Origin: Eledone cirrhosa
Lineage: Eukaryota
Direction of reading: 5' to 3'
Assembly: GCA_964016885.1 (NCBI GenBank)
Contig: OZ024742.1
Span: forward strand, 136,772,001 to 136,836,000
Length of the DNA stretch: 64,000 nucleotides
Shown here one piece after another: positions 39,462-53,440 of the stretch (position 1 is the first letter of the stretch; every line of letters starts with the position of its first letter). Below the pieces are notes generated by a model. It was not told the origin of the DNA, made no database searches, and saw only the letters and a list, made by a program, of their open reading frames with translations. The position numbers were made by a program, and so were the translations under genes.

Positions 39462-42400
39462 GAATGCCATGGTTGACGGAGGCTCGGCTCTGTAAGGTAT
39501 AGTAATTTTTAATCGTTAAAACAATTGTAAATTGTTTAAAACTTGAACCAAATTGTTGATAAAGACACCCTCCTCCTCGTGAGAGGGGTCTTTCTGTCCG
39601 TTATTTGGCCCTTCGGGGTTAAATAACCAATTATTGGGGTTTTGTAACCAATATTCATTTTAAACAAAAAAACAACATAGCTACGAAAAAGAAATTTCAT
39701 ACGTCACTCCCACTCATTCCGTCTTCTTCTTTCTCAATCATCACTACAGCAGAGAGAAGATTGTCTCTCTCCCTCCCTTCTTTAAATGTGTCTCTCTCCC
39801 TCCCCTCTCTTTCGCAAGTGACGAAAGAAAAGAAAAGTCTCGTGCAAAGCGTGCAAGGTTTCTCCACGACGACGACGACAGCGACGAAACAGGTGTGCGG
39901 GAAATACGAAAACCCAGTTCATTCGTCTGACGTCAGGAATAATAGCAGTAGCAGCCGTAATAACAACAGCAACAGTGACAATGAAAACAACAGTAGCAGC
40001 CGCAACAGCATCACCAGCAGCATAAACAACAACAGCATCAGCAGCAGCAACACCAACAACAACCACAGCAACAGCGGCGGAGGCAGTAGTCGTAGTACCT
40101 GAAGCAACAACAAAAGTACCAGCAGCTCTGACGACAACAACAACAATAGCAGCAAAGAAAAACCAATCTCATTTGCAGGCATTGCGAAAAACTTGGAAAC
40201 AATCCTCATAACAAATGAGGAATTAGAGGAAGCGAAGAAGATGGTGACACAGAATGGACACCGAGCAATCTGCAAGGCAGCGGAAAAATTTTTCGAAACC
40301 CAACAGCACTGTACGGTCACGTACCGTACAGTAAGTACAAAATCCCGTAGGGTGGAAAGAGCCACAGAGGCTCAGATACAAAAAGCCTTGGGGTCTGTGT
40401 GGCAGCGGAAAACGCACATCACCCGAGGCAAAAAATATGCCACCGTAGACGTACTTTTTGCCACACCCCAGGAGGCAAAGGCCCAATCAGTAGTGACCCT
40501 AAGGAGCGAGGAAATGGTGTTGGTGCCCTCCTACTGCGGGCAAAAAATTGTGAGGGTCAAACTGACCCACGTACCCCCCCCCCCCCGGAATGGCCCTTTC
40601 TTGGCTGGCCGCGTCTGTCCTCGTCTGAATCGAGGACAAAACAACTGTACTGCAAGTACAGAAAAAAGTAAGAGAAGATTGGGTCGGCACCTCCATTGAG
40701 ATGCTAATCCAAACCAACCAGGAGTGCATCGAAGCTATCCCGGATGTGATAGACTTCGATAACGGCACTCAACTGCCCATAAGTGTTGAGGGCAAAAGCC
40801 CGAAATGCTTTCGCTGTGGATCGAAGACTCACCTCAGGGCCTTCTGCAACGAGAAGACCCTGAGAAAGGAGACCCCCCCCTCCTTCCGAAACCGGCTCCA
40901 CGGCTACCAGCAACAGGACAAGCGGCAACCAGGAACAATAGGTCCGTGGCACCCATACCCACGCCACGGAAATCAAAAACAGCAGCAGCAGTGGAAATAT
41001 TAACAACAACAACAGCAATACCAAATGCAGCTGCAACAGAGACTCCAGTGCAAACATCACCAACAACAACAAGTGAAATGTGGAGCTGGTACCCCTCCCC
41101 GACCTCACAGAATCAGACATGGAGTGTGAGGTGGGAGAGGGATGGCAAAAGGTCGTAAGAAGGCACAAACGCAGAAGCAGCGCATCGTCGCCTTTGAAAA
41201 GGGAGGAAAGAAATGAGAAAAGGGTAAAGTCTACTGCAAAGAGACCCACAGCAGCAACACCACCAACACCATCACCACCCACACTAGCACCACCATCACC
41301 ACCGGCGACAACCCCACCGCCAACAACACCTTCAACACCACCACCACAAGCACCAACATCGCAAACACAACAACAAAACACACACACCCAGCAACAACGA
41401 CAAGAAAATAGCAGAACCACACCCCACCCCCAGAAAAACAAATGCACAGCAATAAATACACACAACAAGAAACTAATGACTTACATAATTGAACACACAG
41501 ACATTTCACAACAGGACTACATAATACCAGCACCAATCAAAACGCCAACTAACATAAGACTGCTAAAAATAGCACAGAAACAATACACAAACATTAAAAC
41601 GAAATTCCCCAACGCAGTTGGTGATTTCGGGGACCTAGGAGGAACCATCAATCGAAGAGTATATTCAGACATTCTCTTAGAAGAGCCGACGACCAGCCGA
41701 AGGGACGATTCAACGGTCCCTTCACCAGACGATCAAGTGAAAAGGGATGTAAAAACCATCCCTCCTCTACCAAAAGTACGGTAAGTGGTCTTTCCCATCT
41801 TTTCCACTCTATTTTAAACATGACCTCACTCAGAATAGGCAGCATAAATGCGCGTGGCTTGGGGTCGTCATGGAAGCAGGGTCACCTGCTCAACGACCTC
41901 AGGTCACTAAACATAGATGTAGTGGCCATCAGCGAGACCAGAATCTCCGAAGCACGGGCCTTCGCACGGGTCATCCAGATCATATCTAGATAGAGTATTT
42001 TGTAGGGAAATAGATAGGTCTAGCATAGGCTGTCCACAATTCAAGATAGTCAGCTACACGGACCACAAATTCGTGATCTGTGTGCTTGACTTAGATAGGC
42101 TTCATAGACGAGGACCTGGCTACTGGAAGCTAAACGCGTCCTTACCAGCGCGCAAGGCCTACAGAGACCGGATTAGCGAACTAGTTAAGCGGGCGTTGAC
42201 GGGGGCCATCGTCAACAACAAGTGGTGGTTTGCTCTGAAAAGAGCGATTAGAATAGAATCGATTAGGTTTAGTAAGGCTTTAGCAATAGAGAAAAATAGA
42301 GCAGAGGGAGAACTAGTTAGAAAATTAGACGAGGCGCTTAGCAAAGGCATTGCGACCGACGTGCTTGCGGCGAAATTGGCCCTTGACCAATTCTTCAATG

Positions 42401-45053
42401 CAAAGCACGAAGGCTGCGTTGTCAGAGCAAGGGTGCGTGCTCTCAGACACGAGGGGACGAAAGCCGTTCAATGGGCCCGAGTGGCGGAGGCGCGTCGTGG
42501 CAACAAAGCCACGATCCGGTCTTTGGTGGACCACGACGGGCGCATGCTACTCGATCCCGGGCAAATGTGTGAAGCTTTTCAGCGACACTTCGCTCAGCTG
42601 TTCGGGGGAAGCGGGGGGCCGGGTAGAGGGATGGACTTTAGTGTCTACCTCGACAGACTGCCGCGGCTCTCGGCCACTGAGGAGAAGTGTTGCGAAAAGC
42701 CGATAACAGCCGCTGAAGTAAGGGAGGCAATGACTGGCTGCACAAGGGGTAAATCGCCTGGTTTGGATGGTCTGCCCTATGAACTTTACGTACAGATGCC
42801 AGACTTGTTCGGAGGCCTCTTGGCGGACGTCTACTGCAACTGGCAACAGAACGGGAGAATTCCCAGTTCTGTGAGCCGAGGAGCGGTGGCACTGCTGAGA
42901 AAGGATCCGAACAAGGGGGATAACATAGAAAATTTCCGGCCCATAACTCTGCTAAACACAGAGTTCAATATTTTGGCCAAGGTGCTAGCAAAGAGGTTGG
43001 CGCTTGTCGTTGGTGGTCTGGTGGGAGAGGCGCAGACATGCGCCATTCCCGACAGATCCATCCACGACAACCTCCACCTCATGCGATACATCATAGAGAG
43101 GGTAGCTAAGGAACCTGGCACAGGTGGGTCCTTGATCAATTTAGATCAGTCGAAAGCTTTCGATAGGGTCGACCATCGTTACCTAGCGGCAGTCCTGAGG
43201 GCGGCTGGCTTTGGGCCCGTCTTCAGAGGCTGGATCGCTGCCATGCACAGCGACATCTGCTCTGTGGTGAGAGTGAACGGTCACCTGTCGGAACCGTTCA
43301 ACATCATGCGCTCGGTCCGCCAAGGATGTCCCCTCTCGTCCCTCTTGTACGTATTGACTCTCGAGCCATTACTGCACAAACTGGAGACGTTGAGGGGAGT
43401 CCCGCGCGAACTAGGATGCGGAAGATCCGTGTCAGCATATGCGGACGATGTCACCGTAGTGGTGTCGAACGCCAAACACATCGAGGCGATCGGCACTACA
43501 CTAAGAGAATACGAAGCGGTGACAGGAGCAATGATCAACCAGGAAAAGTCAGTGGGCCTGCAGCTCGGCACCTGGAGAGGCAGGTCCATGCCGTCCAACA
43601 GCGTCGTCGGACGCTGGACGGACGGACCGGTTAAATTGCTAGGGGTCTGGTTCGGTCCGGACTTCCAGACGGACAAAAACTGGGACGAGGTGACGAGCAG
43701 GGTGGCTTCTCTCACCCAGAAATGGGCGGAGAGGAAGCTATCCCTGAAAGGTGGAGCGGAGGTGGCTAACGCGTACATCGCGTCTGTCATCTGCTACCGC
43801 CTGACCGTCGTACCTTGTCCTAAGCCTCGCCTGACTGCGCTGGAGCGTTTGCTCTTTCGCTTTTTGTGGAAGGGACGTGCTCCGATGGTCAGGCGGTCCA
43901 TCTGTTGTCAACACCCGCTACGTGGAGGGCTGGGCATGCCGTGGCTGATGATGCGCAGGAACGCGCTCAGGCTACGACATCTCCACCTCTTCCTCGACGG
44001 TGATCAGGTGTGGTCGCCGTTTGCTAGGCGCGTATTTCCCCAGCTCGTTTCCTTGACGGAGCTGCAGTCCTGGGTCAAGCGAAGACCGAGAGGGAGCGCC
44101 TGGAGACTGGAATGTCTTCAGGCGCTCACAGCCCTCGACCAATCGGGCAATGTGATCGGTGGAAACTCCACCTCGGCGTTCTATAGAGGATTAGTGGAGG
44201 GGAAGAGCGACGACGTACTTGGGGAAACTCTAGGCGTCGACGAAAATCAACTAGCCAATCTCTTCGGAAGAACTTTCGGGCCGGGGCCTATGGACAACTT
44301 CCAGAAATCTCTGGCCTGGCAGTGCTACCGAGGAGCCTTGCCAGTTCGGGATAAACTCTACAGGCATGGAGTAGCCGTCAGCCGGGCATGTCCGAGATGC
44401 GCGCAGGGCGACGAAACCGTCCTGCACGCACTCGTCCAGTGTCCGAAAATTGCTGACTTGTGGGTTTATGTCGAACACCTGCTGTCGCGTTTAGGACGGA
44501 TCCGGCTATCATCTGAGTCCATCGTGAGGATTGCCCCGCCCTCCTCCTTTAGCCGGGAAGGGCAGGCAGTTTTTATCTGTCTGGTGGCCATGGCGAAAGA
44601 GATAGTATGGTGGACACGTTTGAAAGGGCTGAAGACGAGCACTTACCTCTTCGGTGATGCTCTGATTGACTTTTTCAAATTTCATTTGAAAAGGAAAATC
44701 AGAGTAGAGAGGGAAGTGCTCTCTTCCCAGCATTTTGTTGAAAGATGGGTGAGAGAAGCAAGAATGGCCCGAGTGAATGGGCCTACTCTGAGTATATATC
44801 TGTAAATTAAAGGTGGAAAACTGGGAGAGGGCACTTGCCTTGGTGGTCAGGGTCATTGTGGCTTTTTACTGGGCTTTCTCCACAAATGTCCCTCCGAAGT
44901 CTCCCCCCTATTGGGGAATTTTTCATTGTTATTTTTTGTTACATCCTCTGTTTTTGTTTTTTACACGCAGAAATGCCCATTTGTACCGTCCTGCATTGTC
45001 CTGCACTGTCCTTAATGTCTACTTTATGTAAACCCTTGTGGTTAATAAAGAAA

Positions 45054-45090
<37 letters not shown>
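39462..45090 (+). mobile_element. Tx1/L1-clade element, copy 2 (duplicate)
   Basis: Near-identical to copy 1; additional ORF1 frameshifts at C-runs (~40575, ~40875) and at ~41078. Confidence 0.92.
41820..44805 (+). CDS. Tx1 ORF2 copy 2 (same APE deletion; open frame 42073-44805)
   Basis: 910 aa; differs from copy 1 at about 7 residues by eye (G>R, L>F, R>G, V>A, H>N, G>V, Q>R). Confidence 0.92.
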
Positions 45091-45091
<1 letters not shown>

Positions 45092-45233
45092 TTATTTTAT
45101 TTTCTTTTATTTTTATTTTTTTTAATTATTTTATTATTATTATTATTTTTTTTTTTTTCTTCTCGTGCAATGGCCATACTCGATAACGAGGGGGCAGCCA
45201 TCATGAATAGATATATGTATGTATATATATATG

Positions 45234-45286
<53 letters not shown>

Positions 45287-45289
45287 TAT

Positions 45290-46690
45290 ATATAACAAAG
45301 GAATTGAGGTAAGGAACCAGATGGACCAAAACGCACCAGTGTACTCAATACGTAGGGTAGTAGAGTGGGAAATAGGAAAAAGTATGACCCCGACGGCAGA
45401 GCTCAAGCCGTTTCGACGGCTATTTCTGGACTAAATTAGAATGTTTAGCATGGTGAATAAATAGCCGAACTTTTCAAGGGGGTACTTCCTTATATGGGAA
45501 GATTGTAGTTGTCAAGAGGATTGGTTAAAATGTGTTGTAAACACAAATAAGTCTATCATGGCATTTGGTGGGAGGTAGGGGTGGCTGAACTTGCCTGTAG
45601 AACAATAGGGGAGTGAGTGGTGCGGTCAAACGTTGAAAGTGATATGTATACAGCAGATTCTAAGGATAGTGTATGACGTGGAGGAGGGAGGTTATAGAAT
45701 AGGTAAATCAAATGAGAGTAGGAGTTAATAAAAGATAATAGAAAGTAATAAAAAATATATATAAAATTAGATAGTGAGAAATGAATAAGAAAATCACAAT
45801 GCTATCTTACAATTACAGGTTAATAAGTTGAGAATAGAAAAAACTTGTAGAAATTGAGTAGTACCAGAACTGATACAGAATTAAAGGGGTTTAACACGTC
45901 AGCTATAAGTAGTTAGTAAAACGTATTCGGCCAATTCTATCTTAAAATTACAGGGGTGGGGGAACTAATGCTACAGAGGCCCGATTGGCTGCATCTGGGT
46001 AGGCGAAGGGGAAAAGCAGACGGGGAAGAAAATAGGGGGTGGAAGGAAATGATAGGATGAGACAGGGGGAAGAAGAAGACAAAGAGGAAAAGAAAAGAAA
46101 AGAGATACATCTACCTAAGTAAGCTGGGGTTTCCCCTAACTTATTCGGCAAGTATGGGGATATCAGCCCTTGTCTACCCACCCGGGTCGTTATGGGGCTT
46201 GAGGGCGAGGTATGTCCTATGCAATCTGTGTTTGCATGCGGTTACCAGTTCCTCTTTCTTGTTTAGGAGTTGGTCCTTCGAAAACAGCATTTGTAATGTT
46301 TCCTCCGACTATAAGTTACACGGACGGCGTCCTCCCGTGTAAGAGTTAGCTTTGGACAGTAAGCTCCAAGTGAGATTGTAGGTTATATTATTATCTTGGA
46401 GGTCCCAGATGTGGCCCGAAAACTTTCAACGCTTGACCGCTCCACTCACTCCCCTATTGTTCTACAGGCAAGTTCAGCCACCCCTACCTCCCACCAAATG
46501 CCATGATAGACTTATTTGTGTTTACAACAAATTTTAACCAATCCTCTTGACAACTGCAATCTTCCCATATAAGGAAGTACCCCCTTGAAAAGTTTGGCTA
46601 TTTATTCACCAGGCTAAAAATTCTAATTCAGTCCTGAAATAGCCGTCGAAACGGCTTGAGCTCTGCCGTTGGGGTCTTACTTTTTCCTAT
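45290..46690 (-). mobile_element. Severely 5'-truncated PLE (family E) with inverted pseudo-LTR arms 45370-45640 / 46422-46690, in (TA)n
   Basis: Minus strand 46220-46420: SGHIWDLQDNNITYNLTWSLLSKANSYTGGRRPCNL.SEETLQML..LLNR..ELVTACKHR, matching a PLE GIY-YIG C-terminus. Confidence 0.85.
45387..45483 (-). ncRNA. Type I hammerhead ribozyme, U3-A8 variant, with full stem III (second copy + 46579-46675)
   Basis: ACCCCC-TTGAAAA-GTTCGGCTATTT..AAATAGCCGTC-GAAAC-GGC-TTGAGCTCT-GCC-GTC-GGGGT. Confidence 0.75.
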
Positions 46691-48437
46691 ATATATATAT
46701 ATATAAATATATATATATGTGTGTGTGTGTGTGTCAATTAAAAAAGAAGACCGGATTACAAATATTATTTTAATGATGCAAAATACACATTTCCATAACC
46801 GACAAGCTCATTCCACTAGATGGTAACGCAAGACATATGGCGACGTGTTATACACATAAAAGATTAAGTAATCGGTTACTGGATTACGGCAAAATATTAA
46901 AAAAAGTATTTATACAAAGGCGGTCCATCGTTCAGGGCGACCTCAGTGACAGAACGCATCTTTGTTAATTTCCCTAAGTCTATCATTTATAATCTGTGAC
47001 GAGTGTGTTTTTTCTTATCCCACGCATTAATCTCAATGGTTTACATTTTCTAACACGACATCTTACTTTCTCCTTCTTGCTTTCTTTCTGCTTTCCTTTT
47101 CTATTTTTCTTCTCCTTTGTTCCATCACTGAGACCTTCGTGCTATAAGAAGTACCATACGTTTTTCCTGAGGGCACATAAAATACTATGTGTACATGCTG
47201 TAGCAAAATTGTTTCTTGGCTCTTACTCCACTGACAGCGTTTGAATTGTGTCAGACGCTGTGACGCCGGGTGGACCAGCACTACCGTTGGTAGGGGTTGA
47301 AACTGCCAAAGTCCATCTTAACAGCCGATGCCCCTGGAGTTCTTTGTCTTTCATTCATATTTTAATCTAAAAAGAAATAATTTTTTAAAGTTGGTTTTCG
47401 TTTTGCCTCGTTTTCGTTCGTTTTCTTGTTCTCTCTCTCTGTTAATGTTCCCAAGTTTATGACATATATATATATGATGGTGTTATTAAGTTAGACATGA
47501 CCGGGCCAATACTGGCCAAAACCTATCAAAGTTAACAAAGTTATATAAATATATATATATATATAAGAATGTATGCATATATGTATCTATATATCTTTTT
47601 TTTTTTTGTTTTAAGTAAATCGACTGAACACCTAAAAGCAATAAATCAGACATTCTTTCGCTTTAAAACATTTTATTTTCATTTGATAGTGAAGCCTCAA
47701 CATTGTCCCTGAATACTTTAGATATAGCAGCCCGATCACACTTTATCATATTAAAAAGACACCGAAGAAAATAATCCTAGGTATGCCATTAAAAAGACAG
47801 TGTGTTTATGGCCTGAATGAGTCTGATCAAATAAACTTCAGCCATGCATAAAGATATTCAAAAATATCTGAAACGGATTATGTATACTATTACGTATTCT
47901 ACTTATACTACTGATACTCGGATATACAAATGCCTAAAAAATTGAAAGAAAAACAGAGAAAAACTGAAGTTTGAAATGAGCGTAGAGTAACAAAAAAAAA
48001 AAAAATAAAACCATAAAGTAGTTAAATGAGAAAAAAGGTGTTATTTATTTCTGGAACAAAATGAAGCATCGTAGGATAGATAGATGATATTTTTGGCTAC
48101 ATAAATTGTTTCTACTTGTCTGTAGAAAGATGTGGAATGTCCAGCCCAATATTAGTTACACACTATAGAGCGTTATTTTTTACACGGAAGAGAAGCGAAT
48201 TACATACGCTTGTTTGAATACACACATATATATACATATAAACATAGGAATGTCTTTTATTTACGAACACACGCATATATTATATATACATATATATATA
48301 TATATATAGATATATATATATATGCACATGTATTTTTAAACATACATACATAGATACATACATACGTGCATACATACATTCATACATACATACATACATA
48401 CATACATACACATACATACATACATACACACACATGG

Positions 48438-48471
<34 letters not shown>

Positions 48472-48731
48472 ACGAGAGAGAAAGAGAGCCGTGTGTCAAC
48501 GGGTTCATATATGCATGGAGCTGAATGAGGTATATTCACATATATAAAAACTATACATATATAACATGTGTTATTATAAGTGCATACACAGAGTGTATTA
48601 GAGTGTATTTATATATAAATACACATATAATGAACATTAATTTGAATGCATATATATAAACATAGGTACGTATACACAGATGTACACTCACTTATACACA
48701 CACATACACTCCTATACATGATACGTATACA

Positions 48732-48809
<78 letters not shown>

Positions 48810-49578
48810 TGTATATTTTGATATATATATATATATATTAATAAATCTATCTATCTGCCGATATATATATATATTTAATTACACATATACACAGATATGT
48901 GTTCATATGTATTTCTGATAATGCTTACATGCGGATATTTTCTTACAGTCTACGAAAGCTTAATAAAGTAAAATGCTGGAATATATTGGCAAACCATTTT
49001 ACTGCACAGTTCGGTAAGATTACTTTGGTAAAGCCAGGATAACGTCATGCCAAACAATGGGTCGTCGAATGCAATCTATTCTGTCTGTGACGCGCCGTTT
49101 CCGCTGTAGAATGGTTGGACTTAGGTTGATTAAAGAATTAGGAAGACTTCACTGCACTTAGTGTTCGCTCATTTCTGAAAGCTGATTTTTGTGTTTGAGA
49201 GAGAGTGTGTGAGTGTGCATGTGTGTGCCTCTTTGTGCATGTATCTACGCATAAATGTGTCTTTCTCTTTATGTGTGTATGCATCTGTGAGTGTTCGTGA
49301 GCCTGTGTGTGTATGTGTCTATGTATGAATGTGTCTGTCGGTTTGTGAGTGTGTATATGTGTGTGTATGTATGTATGTATGAATGTGTCTGTCGTGAGTA
49401 TGTATGTGTGTGCATGTATGAATGTGTCTCTCAGTTTGTGAGTGTGTATGTGTATGTATGTATCATGTATGTATGTGTGATGTTTGTATTTATGTTCATT
49501 TCTCTCTCTATATATATATCTTTCATTCTTTCTCTCTCTCTATATATATATATATTTATACACACACGCACACACACA

Positions 49579-49628
<50 letters not shown>

Positions 49629-49869
49629 ATATATGTGGTTGATATATTTATAAAATACACTAGGTAGTCAATAACTACGTTGAAAAAGGCAGTGACTTTG
49701 ATGGCCGCTTCATCAACAATGACGTCATTAGAAAACAACGTCAACACAGATGACGGATACGTGAGCAACATGCTAGCTAAGAGGTTAGTGAACACGTTCT
49801 TGCAATAGGACAATGCTAGTCATTTGTATAGCTTATGTATAATGGAGTGCATCAATTGTACTTATATTA

Positions 49870-50280
49870 TCGACCTCTGAGGAATTTATAAATTGTAATC
49901 TCAAATCCAGTACGTAAACGAAGAGAACTAAGAACTCTGTTCGACGTGCTGCGAGTCGTTCTCCGCCTCCAGCCTTGTCGCTTCGCGTCGTAAACAAACC
50001 CGGGCTCTCCTGCCCGTAATGGGGAGGCGAGGAAGGTAGTTAGGTACCAGGGCCTGACCGACCGCTTCATCATTGCACCGGGCTCCGTCAAGACCTCTGG
50101 TTTCCTTAGTCCCCACACTGCTGATTTCTCCTGTAAAATCGGAAAGAAGATGATTCGCTTGAGGAGGGAGTCCTGTGATGTTGCTGTTGCAGAGAGTGTT
50201 TCTAATCATTCTCCGCGATAAAGACTTTGCCATTTTTACCACGTGGCTCGACTGTGACACCGCTCAGACTGGGGTGTAGT
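49870..50280 (-). mobile_element. Possible decayed LINE ORF1 fragment
   Basis: GC-rich island; LP..ITGRRARV resembles ORF1 LVPSYCGQKIVRV; weak. Confidence 0.25.
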
Positions 50281-52147
50281 AACTATCCCTCCTCCTCTCC
50301 CTCTCATTCGTTTTTTTTTTTCTTCTTGTTTTCATTTTGTTTAGTAGTGTCTTCTGTTTCTATTAGATACTGCTCGATTATATCCTAGAAATAAACATTT
50401 GGTTACCTAAAAAAAATAATTCGTTCTTCTATGTCGTCTCTCTTCCCACCGCCTTTATTACGTCAATAAGGACTGGAAACATGCAGTTTGGTGGTATGAA
50501 GTGGATTGGCAGAATCGAAGGAGGAAAATATGATTTGGACCTTCTTTTAGATATGAAGGTTAGCTGCGAATTTATGGAATATGCCATCTTGGACCAAATG
50601 CCAAATTACCCTTTGGCAAAGCATACTGCCTGGCCGCCACTTCTGCGTGGTTATGCAAAGATTTATTTGGGAAGCAGGTATATTGATTGAGCTGAAAATT
50701 GAACATTGATAAAGAGTTGTCTCAGTTTCCCTTATTTATTCGCCTAGCAGAGAAACCAATAAACAGGTCAACGGTAGGGGAACTCTACCTCCATCAGTGG
50801 GGGCTACTGCAGCTGTGAGAGTCCTGTCAAGTCATCAGAGTATTTCTGCTAACAGAAAATAAGACTGAAGCTTACTTCGTAACAGCATTAAATATCGTAG
50901 GGTGGTAGATACCATGGTAATATGTCTTTGAATCCTGCTGGAGACAACTTAAACCCTCCTTTCCTGAATGCTGAAAACAACAGTAATTTATTTTATTCTA
51001 AAGCTGAATACATTAAATTATTTATGCAGAGAACATTCAAAACTACATCAATTCAGGTTTCCTTCTTTTTTAAAGACGCTAGAGTGTGAAATATGAGAAA
51101 CTTATTCTTGGATTTAGAAAGGTAAACGACCACGTTGAGATTCTCGAGTTGGTATAGCAACTCTAATGAGGTGTGCACTGACAGAGCTCTCTTCTACTTC
51201 TATCATATCAACAGTAATCTGTCTCAGGGTTTGTTTATGTATCAAATATGATTCCGTCTTCAAATTTACGAGCTACATGCAGTCATTTCTACCTGCACCC
51301 ACTCCAATATAAATGATATTACACTTCACTGCTCCTTACCCATCACCTAGAGAAGCATACAATGCTGTTTCGTTAATTTTCCCGTTTCATTGGATTCTTC
51401 CTGTAGTGGGAGAATTTTAATAATTTAGTATCTTGAAATTTTCATTTCCATTCATTTTCACTCAAAAGCCAAAACATGGTTACGCGTGGAGTAATAATAT
51501 TTTTTTCTACTTTTTGGCACAAGGCCAGCAATAATCCAGTGCATTACTGGTACTTTATTTTATCGGCCCCGTAAGGATGAAAGGCAAAGTTAACCCCGGC
51601 GGGATTTGAACTCAGATTGGCAAGGGCCGTAACTCTATGCGTCAAAACATGGCATCCGACCCTCTACCGATACTGCCAATCCAAATATTCAGCAATCATC
51701 TCAACTAAGGCTAACGATAGCTATGCAAGCATGGTAATGTCAGTTGTGAGAAATACAACTGACTGTAGGAAAAAATGATACAATAACTGTTTCTACGTTT
51801 GGCACAAGGCCAGCAAATAAATACCCAATGCATTACTGGTACTTTATTTTATCGACCCCGTAATGATGAAAGGCAAAGTTAACCTCGGCGGGATTTGAAC
51901 TCAGAATGGCAAGGGCCGTAACTCTATACGTCAAAGCATGGCGTAAATGATGCAATAATGTTACAATACAAAAATGATACAATAACACAAAGTGTCAGCA
52001 ATACTAGTTACCGCAACAGCGGTAACAAAGTAAATAGTAGAGACAACAAAACATCTCTCTCTGAACATAAATATATTATATGTATATATATATATAATGT
52101 TTAATATAGAAATGACTTCTACAGGACTAGAGCTGTTTCACACACAT

Positions 52148-52265
<118 letters not shown>

Positions 52266-52344
52266 GGTAAACAGAAATAACAACACAATCGGTATAGTAT
52301 ATATGGAAGGGATATATTAGGTTAACGCTTGATATAGCAGGAAG

Positions 52345-52388
52345 GGGGTCTTAATGTTTCGGACACAAGTCCTTCATCAGAAGGAAGA
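52345..52388 (-). ncRNA. Minimal hammerhead motif (PLE pseudo-LTR remnant)
   Basis: Minus strand: CTGATGA-AGGAC-TTGT-GTCC-GAAAC-ATTA; stems I and III weak. Confidence 0.6.
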
Positions 52389-52474
52389 ATGCGATATAAG
52401 ATAGATTGAGGGGACGGGCGGGTTGTAATAGGAAAAAAAATATATATAGCTGAATCCATAAAGAACTAGAAAAT

Positions 52475-53075
52475 AAGTTCGACTATGGAAACATAATTAG
52501 GAATCGCAAGGTATACGAGTAAACGCAGCCAAAACTAAAGTTCTAATGAGTAGAGCAGAATATAGGACTCTGATTCCTTCAGGGAAGAGGACCTACTCAG
52601 TACGTAGAATGGGAATAGACATAAAATCCATGCGATGTACACACTGTAAATCCTGGGCACACAAGAGATGCAGTAGGGTAACGGGTAGACTAACAGGAAG
52701 GGAATACTTTGTATGAAGAATATTCGTAGTGATAATCGAAGGAAAGAGCGCCAGTGATATAAACCTAGAAGTGGTTGATAGCATCTGCTATCTAGGCAAA
52801 TAAATTATCAGCGGAGGAGGGTGCTCTGGAAGTATAATGGCTAGAATAGGGATAGGATGGAATAAGTTTAGAAACTTATCCTCACTGTTGACTACAAAAC
52901 TGTTCTACCTACGTACAAAAGGATGACTGTATGTCACCTGTGTGCGATGTTGTATGGTAGAGAAATGAAACAGACATATTTCGCTGGATGCGCAATGTAA
53001 GTGTGACAGAAAGGTAAAGCTTAGATAGCTGCGGGAGAAGCGGGGTTTAAGAGGAATCCGAAGTAAAATGCAGGA
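52475..53075 (+). mobile_element. Decayed RTE-clade LINE fragment with Cys/His finger insert
   Basis: WK...ESQGIRVNAAKTKVL..SMRCTHCKSWAHKRCS..LEVVDSICYLG..ARIGIGWNKFRNL. Confidence 0.75.
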
Positions 53076-53440
53076 GAGTTTAACTTGTTTGGTACAGATG
53101 GCAGCGGTTTCGTTCTTCGAAGATCTGGTGAAAGATTAGCGACTAATTGCGTGAAGAGCGGCGGTAAGTTTTATGGAGGAAGTGCTATGGTGTGGAGCAT
53201 AATTTAAGCAGAAAGTCATGGGTCACTTGTGCGCATACAGGGCAAGGGGAAGGCTCAAGTGTACAAAGAACCTCTACAAAAATACGCTGTACCACATATG
53301 AGAGCCACCTCTGCCTAACTTGTCACTTTTATGAAGGATAATCCCCCTTGCACACGGCAAAGTTCGTGAGGACCTTCCTTGAGCAGGAGCAAGTAAGAGT
53401 TATGGTCTGGCCTGCTGAAAGCCCCGACCTCAATCCAAGT
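53075..53440 (+). mobile_element. Tc1-family DDE transposase fragment
   Basis: FNLFGTDG..VLRRSGE..GGSAMVWS..FMKDN..HTAK..FLEQEQVRVMVWPAESPDLNP. Confidence 0.85.

Larger units (their letters stand above)
32400..45090 (+). repeat. Direct tandem duplication, unit ~6.33 kb (32400-38740 / 38740-45090), bounded by (ATT)n
   Basis: Identical ORF sets offset by 6332 at the start and 6328 at the end; few substitutions or indels. Confidence 0.95.

Noticed and set aside
35831-44856. Antisense and alternative-frame ORFs within Tx1 ORF2
   Set aside because: Expected shadows of a GC-rich coding sequence, with no motifs
46813-46830. CTCF-like motif CCACTAGATGGTA
   Set aside because: Single short match, possibly within a DNA-transposon remnant; no supporting context
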